Source: Candidatus Eiseniibacteriota bacterium (lineage in GTDB: Bacteria; Eisenbacteria; RBG-16-71-46; DASYSL01). From it: 64,000 bases of DNA. Positions within the stretch are counted from its first letter, which is position 1. Each line of letters begins with the position of its first letter. Shown here in pieces: positions 43,252-53,764 of this stretch. Position numbers and translations under genes: made by a program. A model generated the notes under the pieces. That model saw only the letters and a program-made list of their open reading frames with translations, made no database searches and was not told where the DNA came from. The stretch is from the NCBI GenBank assembly GCA_031431875.1, contig JANPEF010000082.1:1-64000 (forward strand), given 5' to 3'.

Positions 43252-44234
43252 TGTTTCCCGAGTCGCGCCTGCGCCGCCTGCGTCGCACCCCCGCGTTGCG
43301 GGCGATGGCGCGCGAGACGCGCCTCCATCCGGCGCAGTTCATCGCACCGGCGTTCGTCGTGCCCGGCAGCGGCGTGCGCCAGCCGATCGAGATGATGCCC
43401 GGCGTCGCTCGCGTGTCGGTCGATCGCCTGGTCGAGGACGCGAAGGCGCTGGCCGGCCTCGGGATCGGCGGTGTGCTGCTGTTCGGCTTGCCGGCGGCCA
43501 AGGACGCCGTCGGCTCGGGCGCGTGGGCCGAGGACGGGCCGGTGCCCGCTGCACTGCGTGCGCTGAAGAAGGCCGACACCGGCCTCGTGCTGTTCGCCGA
43601 CGTCTGCCTGTGCGAGTACACCGACCACGGCCACTGCGGCGTGATCGAGGGCGGCCACGTCAACAACGACGCGACGCTGCCGCTGCTCGCCCGCGCCGCG
43701 GTCGCCTACGCCCAGGCGGGCGCCGACGTCGTCGCACCCTCGGACATGATGGACGGGCGCATCGGCGCCGTGCGCGAGGGGCTCGACGAGGCCGCTCTGC
43801 CCGACACCGCAATCCTCGCTTACGCCGCCAAGTACGCTTCGGCGTTCTACGGGCCGTTCCGCGAGGCCGCCGGCTCGACGCCGCAGTTCGGTGACCGCCG
43901 CGCCTACCAGATGGATCCGTCGAACCTGCGCGAGGCGATGCGCGAGATCGAGCAGGACCTGAACGAGGGCGCCGACGCGGTGATGGTCAAGCCCGCGCTG
44001 GCGTACCTCGACGTGATCCGCGCCGCTCGCGAGCGCACCGACGCCCCGGTCGCGGCCTACAACGTCAGCGGCGAGTACTCGATGGTGAAAGCCGCCGCCG
44101 CGCAGGGACTGGTCGACGAGCCGCGGGTCGTGCTCGAGATCCTCACCGGGATCCGCCGCGCGGGTGCCGACTGGATCCTCACCTACCACGCGGCCGACGC
44201 GGCGCGCTGGCTGGCCGAAGGGAAGCTCGCGTGA
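43248..44234 (+). CDS. hemB: Porphobilinogen synthase (Zn-type)
   Basis: [52 protein letters not shown]. Confidence 0.97.
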   Translation: MMFPESRLRRLRRTPALRAMARETRLHPAQFIAPAFVVPGSGVRQPIEMMPGVARVSVDRLVEDAKALAGLGIGGVLLFGLPAAKDAVGSGAWAEDGPVPAALRALKKADTGLVLFADVCLCEYTDHGHCGVIEGGHVNNDATLPLLARAAVAYAQAGADVVAPSDMMDGRIGAVREGLDEAALPDTAILAYAAKYASAFYGPFREAAGSTPQFGDRRAYQMDPSNLREAMREIEQDLNEGADAVMVKPALAYLDVIRAARERTDAPVAAYNVSGEYSMVKAAAAQGLVDEPRVVLEILTGIRRAGADWILTYHAADAARWLAEGKLA

Positions 44235-45532
44235 GCCACACCCGCGGGCCGGTGGGCGAAGCGCTGTGGCGCGAGGCGCAGGAACTGCTGCCCGGCGGCG
44301 TCAACTCGCCCGTGCGCGCGTTCCGCGCCGTGGGCGGGAACCCGATCTTCTTCGACCGTGGCGAGGGGCCGTACCTGTTCGACGTCGACGGCAGGCGTTA
44401 CATTGACCTCGTGGGTTCGTGGGGTCCACTCATTCTGGGCCACGCCCACCCGCGCATCGTCGCGGCCGCCACGCGCGCGATCGAGCGCGGCTCGTCATTC
44501 GGTGCGCCGAGCCCGGGCGAGGTCGAGCTGGCCCGGCGCGTCCTCGCGATGGTGCCGTCCCTCGAACAAGTGCGCTTCGTCAACTCGGGCACCGAGGCGG
44601 TCATGTCGGCCATCCGTCTCGCCCGTGCGGCGACCGGGCGCGACGTGATCGTGAAGTTCGAGGGCTGCTACCACGGCCACGCCGACAGCCTGCTCGTCGC
44701 CGCCGGCTCGGGCGCGCTGACGCTGGGGATCCCCGACAGCCCGGGCGTGCCGAAGGCGCTCGCCGCGCTCACCGCGGTGCTGCCATACAACGACCTCGCC
44801 GCCGCGCAGGAGTTCTTCGCCGCACGCGGGGGCGAGGTCGCCTGCCTGCTGGTCGAGCCGATCGCCGCCAACATGGGGGTCGTGCCGCCGCGACTCGGGT
44901 TCCTCGAGGGCCTGCGCGCACTGTGCGATCGCCACGGCGTGCTCCTGATCTTCGACGAGGTGATGACCGGCTTCCGCGTCGCCGCCGGTGGGGCGCAGGA
45001 ACTGTACGGCGTGCGGCCCGACCTCACCACGCTGTCGAAGATCCTGGGCGGCGGCTTCCCCAGCGGCGCCTACGGCGGATCGCGCGCGCTCATGCAGCTG
45101 ATCGCGCCCGCCGGACCCGTCTACCAGGCCGGCACGCTGTCGGGCAACCCGGTCGCGATGGCCGCGGGGGCCGCACAGCTGGCGGTGCTCGCCGAGACGA
45201 AGCCGTGGCCCGCGCTCGAGGCCAAGGGCGCGCGGCTCGCTGCGGGCCTGGCCGTCGCCTGCGCCGAGGTCGGCGTCGAGGCGACCGTCACGCGCGTGGG
45301 CTCGATGGGCACGCTGTTCTTCCTCGCCGGTGAGGCCGGCGATTTCGCGGCCGTGAAGCGCGCCGACACCGCGCGCTTCGGCCGTTTCCATGCCGCCATG
45401 CTCGAGCGCGGGGTGTACCTGCCGCCGTCGCAGTTCGAAGCCTGGTTCCTGTCGACCGCGCACGACGACGCGGTCATCGACGAAGTGATCGCCGCCGCAC
45501 GGGGAGCGCTCGCCGCCCTCGTCGCCGCCTGA
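44231..45532 (+). CDS. hemL: Glutamate-1-semialdehyde 2,1-aminomutase
   Basis: [43 protein letters not shown]. Confidence 0.97.
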   Translation: MSHTRGPVGEALWREAQELLPGGVNSPVRAFRAVGGNPIFFDRGEGPYLFDVDGRRYIDLVGSWGPLILGHAHPRIVAAATRAIERGSSFGAPSPGEVELARRVLAMVPSLEQVRFVNSGTEAVMSAIRLARAATGRDVIVKFEGCYHGHADSLLVAAGSGALTLGIPDSPGVPKALAALTAVLPYNDLAAAQEFFAARGGEVACLLVEPIAANMGVVPPRLGFLEGLRALCDRHGVLLIFDEVMTGFRVAAGGAQELYGVRPDLTTLSKILGGGFPSGAYGGSRALMQLIAPAGPVYQAGTLSGNPVAMAAGAAQLAVLAETKPWPALEAKGARLAAGLAVACAEVGVEATVTRVGSMGTLFFLAGEAGDFAAVKRADTARFGRFHAAMLERGVYLPPSQFEAWFLSTAHDDAVIDEVIAAARGALAALVAA

Positions 45533-45549
45533 CCCGGAGATTCGATTCG

Positions 45550-46836
45550 ATGCATGATCCTCGCTTCCTCCGCGAACAGAAGGACGTCGTCCGCGTCGGC
45601 GTCCTCAAGAAGGCCGGCGCCGTCCCGGCGCAGCTCGAACGGTTCTACGCGCTCGAGGAAGAGCGCCTGACGCTGCTCCAGGAGGCCGACGCGCTCAAGC
45701 AGAAGCGCAACCAGGCGAGCGAAGAAGTGGCGCGCATCAAGAAGGCCGGCGGCGACGCCGCCGGGATCATCGCCGCGCAGAAGTCGGTGGGCGACCGCAT
45801 CAAGCAGCTCGATGAACGCCTGCGTGTCGTCGAGGAGGAGGGCGAAGAGGCGGCCGCGTGGATCCCGAACCTGCCGCACGACTCGGTGCCCGAGGGCCGC
45901 GAATCGAGTGCCAACGTCGAGGTCGCGCGCAACGGCACGCTCCGCACCTACGACTTCACGCCGAAGCCGCACTGGGAGCTCGCCGCCGCGCTGGGCATCA
46001 TCGACTTCGAGCGCGGACCCAAGCTCGCTGGCGGCGGCTTCCCGCTGTTCGTCGGCGACGGCGCGCGCCTGGTGCGCGCGCTGATCGACCTCATGCTCGA
46101 CCTGCACATCGAGCAGCACGGCTACACCGAGGTGCACACGCCGATCGTCATCAACTCGCGCTCGCTCCGCGGCACCGGCCAGCTGCCCAAGATGGCCGAC
46201 GACATGTACAAGATCGAGGGCGAGGACCTGTGGCTCAATCCCACGGCCGAGGTTCCGGTGACGAACATCTACGGCGACGAGATCCTCGAGCCCGGCGTCA
46301 TTCCTGCCAAGCTGACCGCGTACTGCCCGTCGTTCCGCAAGGAGGCGGGCGCGTACGGCAAGGACACGCGCGGCATCCAGCGCCTGCACCAGTTCGACAA
46401 GGTCGAGATCGTGCGCTTCGTCCCCGCCGAGACCAGCTACGCCGCGCACGAGGAGCTGCGCAAGGACGTCGAGGACGTGCTGAACCTGCTCGAGCTGCCG
46501 TTCCGCGTGCTCCTGCTGTGCGCCGGCGACATGTCGTTCGCCGCCGCCAAGTGCTACGACTTCGAGACGTGGGCACCCGGCCAGGAGGCGTGGCTCGAGG
46601 TCAGCTCGTGCTCGAACTTCGAGGCGTTCCAGGCCCGCTGCGCCGGCATCCGTTTCCGCCGCGAGGCCGGGGCGAAGGCCGAGTTCGTGCACACGCTCAA
46701 CGCCTCGGGCCTCGCCCTGCCCCGGATCGTCATCACGATCCTCGAGCAGAACCAGGAGGCCGACGGCCGCGTGCGCCTGCCCAAGGCGCTGGTGCCCTAC
46801 ATGCGCGGCCAGGAGTGGCTGGCGCCGCGTTCCTAG
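45550..46836 (+). CDS. serS: Serine--tRNA ligase
   Basis: PN.PH.SVP.G, GTGQLPK, PTAEVP, FRKEAG..GKDTRG..RLHQF.KVE, HTLN.SGLA. Confidence 0.97.
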   Translation: MHDPRFLREQKDVVRVGVLKKAGAVPAQLERFYALEEERLTLLQEADALKQKRNQASEEVARIKKAGGDAAGIIAAQKSVGDRIKQLDERLRVVEEEGEEAAAWIPNLPHDSVPEGRESSANVEVARNGTLRTYDFTPKPHWELAAALGIIDFERGPKLAGGGFPLFVGDGARLVRALIDLMLDLHIEQHGYTEVHTPIVINSRSLRGTGQLPKMADDMYKIEGEDLWLNPTAEVPVTNIYGDEILEPGVIPAKLTAYCPSFRKEAGAYGKDTRGIQRLHQFDKVEIVRFVPAETSYAAHEELRKDVEDVLNLLELPFRVLLLCAGDMSFAAAKCYDFETWAPGQEAWLEVSSCSNFEAFQARCAGIRFRREAGAKAEFVHTLNASGLALPRIVITILEQNQEADGRVRLPKALVPYMRGQEWLAPRS

Positions 46837-46845
46837 AATCTGCTC

Positions 46846-49377
46846 GTGCTATCGTCCGGGCTCGTGCCCTCCATCCGGAGAAGTAACCCGAACCCATCGC
46901 GAACCGCTGCGCGGCCGTGCGCGGCGGCGACCCCTGCGATCGCCTTCGCCCTGCTTATCCTCGGGGTGGCGACCGGATCCGCTGCGCGTGCCGCACCGTC
47001 GCCGAACCCGCCCGCGGCCGGGGCCGATTCCGCGGCGAGCGCCCCCATGCCCGCACCGCCCCGCATCTCCCGCGTCTTCGACGAGTTCATCGTGCGCGCG
47101 AAGCTCGACGACATCGAGTCGAGCCGCACCCTGCGCACGCTGACCGCCAGCACGCTCGCCCGGCTGCCGGTCGACGGCCTGCGCGACGCGATTGCCTTGC
47201 AGGCCGGCGTCATCGCCCAGGGCGGCGAGCTGCACGTGCGTGGCGGCCGGGTCGGTGACGTCTCCATGGTGGTCAGCGGCGTGCCGTTGGCGGATCCGCT
47301 GCGCGATCATCCGTTCGACCTGCCCCTGCTCGCCGTCGAGCGTGCCGAGCTGATCTCGGGTGGACTCGCCGGGCGCGATGGCGGGACGATCGCCGGCGTC
47401 CTCGATGTGCGCACCGTTGCGCCGCCCGATCGGCTCGAGACCACGTTCTCCTGGCAGAGCACGGCCGGCGCGGCCCCGCGCTACGACCGCTACTCGGCCC
47501 GCGTGGGCACGCCGATCGGCGCGCGTTATGGCATCGTGGCCAGCGGCGAGGTGACCCTCGACGACACGCACCTGCCGGCCCTGCGCACGCCCGACGAGCG
47601 AGAGGTGATCGGCGTGCCCATCGGCTGGCGCGGCGACAATCGCCTGCTCGCCCACGTCAAGCTCGCGCCGGTGCGCAGCAAGGGCGGGCCGATGCTCGAG
47701 ATCGTGTTCGACCGACGAGTCGAGAAGCCCTACGACCCCGCGTGGTCGCTGGTCGGCTGGGCGACGCCCTGTGTCGAGCCCGAGAGCTGCCTCACCGGGC
47801 CGGGGTTCAGTCCGACGGAGTTGCCCGGGTATACCCCCTGGAATGCCGCGGATCACCTGCCGACCAACGACACGCGCCGCATCGCGACGATCCTGTCGTG
47901 GACGCGCACGGGCACCGGCCGCCGCCTCGGGGGCGCGCTGGCATGGATGCGGCAGGAGGAACGGCGTGCTCCGGGCGGGTCCCACGACGACTCGTACGTC
48001 ACGCCGGAGAACCGCCCGCTCTATGGTCCGTACGACAGCCCGACGAGCGATCCGTTCCACGTCTACCGCGGGGAGTGGTCCCTCTATCACGAGAGTCGCG
48101 CCGAGCGGCTCTTCGCCCGCGTCGACGGAGTCATCGAGTCGGGCCCGCGCGTCACCTGGCGCGGCGGCGTGGGCGCGACCTACGACGCGGTGCGTCTGCA
48201 CGAACTCGACGGCTTCCAATTCGACCGGAAACTCGACTCGTTGCGTGCCTACGAGGCCTGGGCGCCCGGTGGCTTCGCCTACGCCGGAGGGCAGTTCGTC
48301 CACGAGGGAATGGTCGCCCACCTCGACCTCCGGGCCGAGTGGTTCACCGCCGGACCGCAGGCCCGCCTGCAATCGATTCCGGGGGACGGACGATCCATCG
48401 TCTCGCTGCAGCCGCGCCTCGGCATCGCCTTCCCGCTGGGGGATCGGGACGCGGTGAGCCTGAGCTACGTGCGCATCGAGCAGAACCCCGCGCGCGACTT
48501 CCTGTACGACAATCGGCTCCGCATCGACGGCCGCCAGCCGCTGGGCAATACGGGACTCACGACCGCCGGAATGATCTCGTACCAGGCAGCGCTCAAGCAC
48601 CTCTTCGGCGAACGACTCTATCTCCAGGCCGCCGTCTTCTACCGCGATATCTTCTCGCAGATCGGCGCGCGCAACTCCATCGCGCCGGACCGCCTGCCCG
48701 TGCGCCGCTACGAGAGCGCGGACAACGGCTACGTCGGCGGCTTCGAGCTGTCGCTGCTGCGGGATGTCGGGGAGCGCAGTCACCTCGAGGCGCACTACAC
48801 GTACATGAATGCCCGAGGTACGCAGTCGCTCGAGGAAGGGGACCCCTACGGGCTGAGCATCGGCCAGCGTCCGCAGTCGATCGAGGCCACGCCGCTCAAC
48901 TGGGATCGCCGGCACACGATCGCAGTCGCCGTATCGCGCCGCGCGGGGAAGGCCTGGTCGTTGTCGTGGGCGACGCGCGTCGGCTCGGGCCTGCCGTGGA
49001 CGCCGCGCGAGCGTCGTACGCTCCTGTCGTCGTACGAAGAGGTGAACAGCCGGCGCTTCCCCTGGGTGGAGTGGACGGACATCGGCGTGCGCTGGACCCC
49101 GCACCTGTATGGACGGTGGCTCGAGTTCGGTCTCGACGTGCGCAACCTGTTCGACGAGCGGATCGACGCCAAGGCCGCCGTCGACGGGTATCCGAACTCG
49201 CGGATCAACACGGTCTTCGACGACTACGGCGCCTACCGCACCGAGACCGGGCTGGGGGGCGGGGCCTACTGGAACGATTCCGACGGTGACGGGCTCCCGG
49301 GCTGGGTCCCCGTCGGCGACGACCGGCTGCTGCTCCCCGGCCGCTCCGTGCGGTTGCAGGCGGGCGTTCGCTGGTAG
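46846..49377 (+). CDS. TonB-dependent receptor-like outer-membrane protein
   Basis: Plug motif L..GV...LHVRGGR, barrel strands (PRLGIAFP, NLFD), terminal RW. Start position uncertain. Confidence 0.8.
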   Translation: MLSSGLVPSIRRSNPNPSRTAARPCAAATPAIAFALLILGVATGSAARAAPSPNPPAAGADSAASAPMPAPPRISRVFDEFIVRAKLDDIESSRTLRTLTASTLARLPVDGLRDAIALQAGVIAQGGELHVRGGRVGDVSMVVSGVPLADPLRDHPFDLPLLAVERAELISGGLAGRDGGTIAGVLDVRTVAPPDRLETTFSWQSTAGAAPRYDRYSARVGTPIGARYGIVASGEVTLDDTHLPALRTPDEREVIGVPIGWRGDNRLLAHVKLAPVRSKGGPMLEIVFDRRVEKPYDPAWSLVGWATPCVEPESCLTGPGFSPTELPGYTPWNAADHLPTNDTRRIATILSWTRTGTGRRLGGALAWMRQEERRAPGGSHDDSYVTPENRPLYGPYDSPTSDPFHVYRGEWSLYHESRAERLFARVDGVIESGPRVTWRGGVGATYDAVRLHELDGFQFDRKLDSLRAYEAWAPGGFAYAGGQFVHEGMVAHLDLRAEWFTAGPQARLQSIPGDGRSIVSLQPRLGIAFPLGDRDAVSLSYVRIEQNPARDFLYDNRLRIDGRQPLGNTGLTTAGMISYQAALKHLFGERLYLQAAVFYRDIFSQIGARNSIAPDRLPVRRYESADNGYVGGFELSLLRDVGERSHLEAHYTYMNARGTQSLEEGDPYGLSIGQRPQSIEATPLNWDRRHTIAVAVSRRAGKAWSLSWATRVGSGLPWTPRERRTLLSSYEEVNSRRFPWVEWTDIGVRWTPHLYGRWLEFGLDVRNLFDERIDAKAAVDGYPNSRINTVFDDYGAYRTETGLGGGAYWNDSDGDGLPGWVPVGDDRLLLPGRSVRLQAGVRW

Positions 49378-49412
49378 CCGAGCCGCCGGGGCGAAGTGCT
49401 ATCTTCGAAGCC

Positions 49413-50777
49413 GTGACCCCGGACCCGGACGACCACGCCCCGACTCCCGCACCCGTCGCCCGCAGCCGCACGCCCGCGCGCCGCCGAGGCTTTCTCGGCC
49501 TCGGCCTGGGCCGCGCGGGCCTGCCGCGCCTGTTCCAGGGCTACCTCTTCCTCGGTGTCGCCGGCATCGTGCTGGCGGTCTTCGTCTTCACCAACGTCGT
49601 CGTCGCCCGGTTGGCCTCGCAGGTGCAGTCGACGTCCGAGGTCTTCGCGCGTTTCTGCGCCACCGCTTCCTTCCCGGCGACGACCGACACGACGCTCCAG
49701 GCGATCGTGGGCGACGTCATCCAGGGCCTCAACTTCCCGATCGTGCTGACCGACGCGCGCGGGGTGCCGCGTGCCTGGAAGGGCATCGCGACCCGGACCG
49801 ACGACGTGCCAGCCGACTCGATCGAGGCGTTCGCGAGCGGTCGGCTGATCGATCCCGACTTGCGCGGAAAGATCGAGAGCATCCAGGCCGACGTCGAACG
49901 GATGGACCGACGCCACGCCCCGATCGCGATGACCCGGCCATCGGGCGGCGATGCGCTCGGCCAGGTGCACTGGGGCGACCCGCCGGGTCTCGAGCTCCTG
50001 CGCTGGCTGCCGTTCGTTGCCCTGGCGGTGATGCTGCTGTTCGTCGGGCTCGCGGTGTACGGCGCGCGCTCGATCAAGCTGTCCGAGCAGCGCTCGATCT
50101 GGGTCGGGCTGGCGCGCGAGACCGCCCACCAGCTGGGCACGCCGATCTCGTCGCTGCTGGGCTGGATCGAGCTCCTGCTCGACCGGGTGAAGAGTGGCAG
50201 CGGCCCCGACGTCACGCTGCCCCGGGCCGAGATCGCGGCCATGCTCGGTGAGATGGAGAATGACGCCGCCCGTCTCAACAAGGTGGCGTCGCGCTTCAGC
50301 CACATCGGTTCGATCCCGAACCTGGCGCTCATGGACATCACCCCGGTCGTGGCCGAGGCGGTACACTACCTGAAGCGTCGCCTGCCGCACCTGGGGCGGA
50401 GAATCGACATCCGCGAGGTGTATGGCGATGTGCCGCCCATCAACGCCAGCCGCGAGCTGCTCGAGTGGGTGGTCGAGAACCTCCTCGTCAACGCGATCAA
50501 CGCGGTCGACGAGAAGGGGGGCTGGATCGAGATCCGCCTCGAGCGCCGCCCCGAGACCGAGCGGGTCGAGCTCACGGTCACCGACAACGGCCGGGGCATG
50601 ACGCCCGAACAGGCGGCTCGCGCATTCGAGCCGGGCTTCACCACGCGTTCCCGCGGCTGGGGTCTGGGGCTCGCGCTGGTCAAGCGCATCGTCGAGGAGT
50701 TCCACGGCGGCACCATCGAGATCCGGCGCACCGCGCCGGGGGAAGGGACCTCGTTTGGCATCGAATTTCCGACCTGA
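49413..50777 (+). CDS. Membrane sensor histidine kinase, PorY-like
   Basis: Two TM segments. H-box WVGLARETAHQLGTPISSL, FSHIGS.P, WVVENLLVNA, DNGRG, GWGLGL. Confidence 0.88.
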   Translation: MTPDPDDHAPTPAPVARSRTPARRRGFLGLGLGRAGLPRLFQGYLFLGVAGIVLAVFVFTNVVVARLASQVQSTSEVFARFCATASFPATTDTTLQAIVGDVIQGLNFPIVLTDARGVPRAWKGIATRTDDVPADSIEAFASGRLIDPDLRGKIESIQADVERMDRRHAPIAMTRPSGGDALGQVHWGDPPGLELLRWLPFVALAVMLLFVGLAVYGARSIKLSEQRSIWVGLARETAHQLGTPISSLLGWIELLLDRVKSGSGPDVTLPRAEIAAMLGEMENDAARLNKVASRFSHIGSIPNLALMDITPVVAEAVHYLKRRLPHLGRRIDIREVYGDVPPINASRELLEWVVENLLVNAINAVDEKGGWIEIRLERRPETERVELTVTDNGRGMTPEQAARAFEPGFTTRSRGWGLGLALVKRIVEEFHGGTIEIRRTAPGEGTSFGIEFPT

Positions 50778-50778
50778 G

Positions 50779-51666
50779 GTGACGGCCTTCGTCGCGGCGG
50801 CGCTGGCCGCGGTGGTGCTCGCGGGCGTCGGGGTGCCCGACGGCGCGGCGGCCCGGCGCACCCGCTCGCCGCGCCCGGCCTCCGGCGCGGACTCGAACAC
50901 GATCGTCTACGTCGTCGATGAATCGACCAGCGCGGCGCATACGCTCGTGCACGAGATCCGTTCCAACTACGGCGGCGACGACAACTTCGCGGCCATGGAC
51001 GGGATCCGCTACTACATCACCTACGTCATGCCCGGTCCCGAGGGCGCGCCGGTGCGCACCTGGACCGAGGCGCACTACATCTGGCTGCACGGCGCGCCGC
51101 GGGCGCGCATCGAGACCGTCGAGGACAGCACGGTCATCCTGGTCAACGGCGACACGACGCACGTGCGCCGTGCCGGCCGGTGGATCGACGATCCGGTCCC
51201 GGTCGCGGCCGCGCGCGAGCAGGCGCTCGACGCGATCTGGGCGGCGCGCCTGCCGCGCAACCTCAACCACCCCGGCATCCGCGCCCGCCAGCTTGCCGAG
51301 GCGCAGCGCGGCGTGCCGTTCACCACGCGCTACTTCTACGAGCATCCCGGACTCGACCGGCCCGAGGGCACCATCCTCGAGGTCACGTTCGCGCCGCCGG
51401 CATACACGCTGCAGCGGCTCTACACCTTCGATCCGCGCGCGAAGGCGTGGACGATCCTCGAACTCGCCGACGACAAGAGCCGCTACGACTGGACGTGGGC
51501 CGAGCGGCGCACGTTGCGCGCCGCGAACGCCGCGGGCGAGCCCGGGCCGATCCTGTGGACGGCGCTGGTGCAGGACATGCAACTCGAGGGCCGCATGCCG
51601 GACCTCCTGCTGTCGCCGCCCGATGCCGGTGCCGGCGTGGTGAGCACCCCGTCGAAGGGACGCTGA
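50779..51666 (+). CDS. Exported hypothetical protein
   Basis: Signal-like N-terminus, beta-rich body, typical codon usage. Fills the gap between the kinase and the regulator. Confidence 0.65.
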   Translation: MTAFVAAALAAVVLAGVGVPDGAAARRTRSPRPASGADSNTIVYVVDESTSAAHTLVHEIRSNYGGDDNFAAMDGIRYYITYVMPGPEGAPVRTWTEAHYIWLHGAPRARIETVEDSTVILVNGDTTHVRRAGRWIDDPVPVAAAREQALDAIWAARLPRNLNHPGIRARQLAEAQRGVPFTTRYFYEHPGLDRPEGTILEVTFAPPAYTLQRLYTFDPRAKAWTILELADDKSRYDWTWAERRTLRAANAAGEPGPILWTALVQDMQLEGRMPDLLLSPPDAGAGVVSTPSKGR

Positions 51667-51671
51667 ACGCG

Positions 51672-53249
51672 ATGGCCGACGAGACCAGGAAGCGTATCCT
51701 CTGGGCGGACGACGAGATCGACCTGCTGCGCCCTCATATCCTGTACCTCGAGGGGAAGGGCTACGTCGTCACGCCGGCGATGAACGGCGAGGACGCGCTC
51801 GAGCGCGTGCAACGGGAGCCGTTCGATGTCGTGCTGCTCGACGAGATGATGCCGGGCATGGGCGGCCTCGCCACGCTGGCCGCGATCAAGGAGCACCAGC
51901 CGACGCTGCCCGTGATCCTCGTCACCAAGAGCGAGCAGGAAGAACTCATGAACGAGGCGCTCGGCCGGCGCATCACCGACTACCTGATCAAGCCCGTGAG
52001 CCCGAGCCAGATCTGGCTGGCGATCAAGAAGGTGTTCGAGACGCAGGCGCTGCAGCAGGACCGCTCGGCGCGCGACTACGTCGGTCACGCGCGCTGGATC
52101 GCCGAGCTCGACACCAAGCGCGTGGACGCGGCGGGCTGGCTCGACGTGAGCCGCCGCCTGACCGCGTGGGACCTGGCGCTCGAGCACCTGTCCGAGCCCG
52201 GACTCAAGCAGGCCCACGCCGACAGCCGCCGCGAGCTCAACCAGGAGTTCGGACGCTTCATCGAGGAGCAGTATCCGCGCTGGGTGAAGGCGCCTGCGGG
52301 CGAACGGCCCATGCTCTCGGTCGATATCATCGAGCGCAAGGTGGTGCCGCACCTCAAGGCCGGCAAGCGCGTCACCTTCATCGTCATGGATTGCCTGCGC
52401 TTCGACCAGTGGCTGGCGCTGGCCCCGCTGCTCGAGCCGTACTTCGACATGGTGACCGAGCCCTACTACGGGCTTCTGCCCACGGCCACGCCGTACGCGC
52501 GCAACGCGCTGTTCTCGGGTCTGTTCCCCGACGAGATGGGCAAGAAGCACCCCGAGTGGTGGAACGAGGACACCAAGGACGACCGCAGCAAGAACCGCTT
52601 CGAACGCCAGTTCCTCGAGGCACAGCTGGCCCGCCTCAAGGCCACCCCCGAGAAACCGATCAAGTACGTGAAGATCTACACCATGGACGAGAGCCAGAAC
52701 GTGCGTCGGCAGGTGAGCACCTACGGTTCCCTCGGCATGGCCGCGCTGGTGTTCAACTTCATCGACATCATGGCGCACGGCCGCAGCGAGTCGGACCTGC
52801 TGCAGGAACTGGCTCCCGACGAGATCGCGTTCCGCGCCGTGCTGCGCGCCTGGTTCGCCCACTCGCCGCTGTTCGACGTGATGAAGGCGCTGTCGCTGCA
52901 GGACAACGTGATCGTCCTGACCACGGACCACGGCGCGGTGATGGGCAAGCGCGCGGCGCTGGTCCACGGTAACCGCGAGACCTCGACCAACCTGCGCTAC
53001 AAGTACGGCACCAACCTCACGGTCGACTCGCGCCAGGCGATCAACATCAAGGATCCGACCGCATGGCGCCTGCCGCCCGGCCACAACAAGAACTACCTGC
53101 TGGCGCGCGAGGACTACTACTTCGTCTACCCGACCCGCTTCCACGAATACGAGAAGGCATTCTTCGGCACCTTCCAGCACGGCGGCGTCTCGATCGAGGA
53201 GATGATCGTGCCGTGTGTCACGCTGACGCCGAAGGGGCGCGTGGGGTGA
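51672..53249 (+). CDS. porX: PorX-like response regulator (receiver plus PglZ/alkaline-phosphatase domain)
   Basis: ILWADDEIDLL.PHI, LDEMMPG, TKSE.E, D.LR.DQW, LPTATPYARN, TDHG, STNLRYK, TFQHGG.S.EEM. Confidence 0.88.
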   Translation: MADETRKRILWADDEIDLLRPHILYLEGKGYVVTPAMNGEDALERVQREPFDVVLLDEMMPGMGGLATLAAIKEHQPTLPVILVTKSEQEELMNEALGRRITDYLIKPVSPSQIWLAIKKVFETQALQQDRSARDYVGHARWIAELDTKRVDAAGWLDVSRRLTAWDLALEHLSEPGLKQAHADSRRELNQEFGRFIEEQYPRWVKAPAGERPMLSVDIIERKVVPHLKAGKRVTFIVMDCLRFDQWLALAPLLEPYFDMVTEPYYGLLPTATPYARNALFSGLFPDEMGKKHPEWWNEDTKDDRSKNRFERQFLEAQLARLKATPEKPIKYVKIYTMDESQNVRRQVSTYGSLGMAALVFNFIDIMAHGRSESDLLQELAPDEIAFRAVLRAWFAHSPLFDVMKALSLQDNVIVLTTDHGAVMGKRAALVHGNRETSTNLRYKYGTNLTVDSRQAINIKDPTAWRLPPGHNKNYLLAREDYYFVYPTRFHEYEKAFFGTFQHGGVSIEEMIVPCVTLTPKGRVG

Positions 53250-53764
53250 AGGCGGAAGAAGCGACGTTCACGTCCAGCCTCGGGTCGCTGGCCGCCACGA
53301 TGGAGTTCGCCGCGGCCCTGGGTGCCGCGCTGCGCGCGGGGGATCTCGTGTTGCTCGAGGGCGGCATGGGCGCCGGGAAGACCACGTTCGTGCAGGGCCT
53401 TGCCCGCGGCATGGGGCTGTCCTCCGCGGTCAAATCGCCGACCTACACTCTGGTCCACGAGCACAACGCGACGCAGGCGGGGCGCCCCGGCCTCGGCCAT
53501 CTCGACCTCTATCGCGTCCCGGTCGGGCGCGACCTGGGGGACCTCGGCGTCGACGAGTTGCTCGCGCGCGGCGCCGTGGCCGTCGAGTGGGGCGGCCGCC
53601 TGTACGGCCCCGATGCCGACGCGATGCTGCTCGTGTTTCGCAGCGCAGCCGACGACGAACCGGAGGAAACCCGACACGTGAGCATCACCGGGCGTGGACA
53701 ACGCGGGCTGGAACTCGCGGCCGATGCCATTCGCCGGCTGCGGGCGATCCCGCACGGGGCATGA
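53246..53764 (+). CDS. tsaE: tRNA threonylcarbamoyladenosine biosynthesis ATPase
   Basis: GMGAGKTTF, V.SPTY, H.DLYR, VEW. Confidence 0.93.
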   Translation: MKAEEATFTSSLGSLAATMEFAAALGAALRAGDLVLLEGGMGAGKTTFVQGLARGMGLSSAVKSPTYTLVHEHNATQAGRPGLGHLDLYRVPVGRDLGDLGVDELLARGAVAVEWGGRLYGPDADAMLLVFRSAADDEPEETRHVSITGRGQRGLELAADAIRRLRAIPHGA

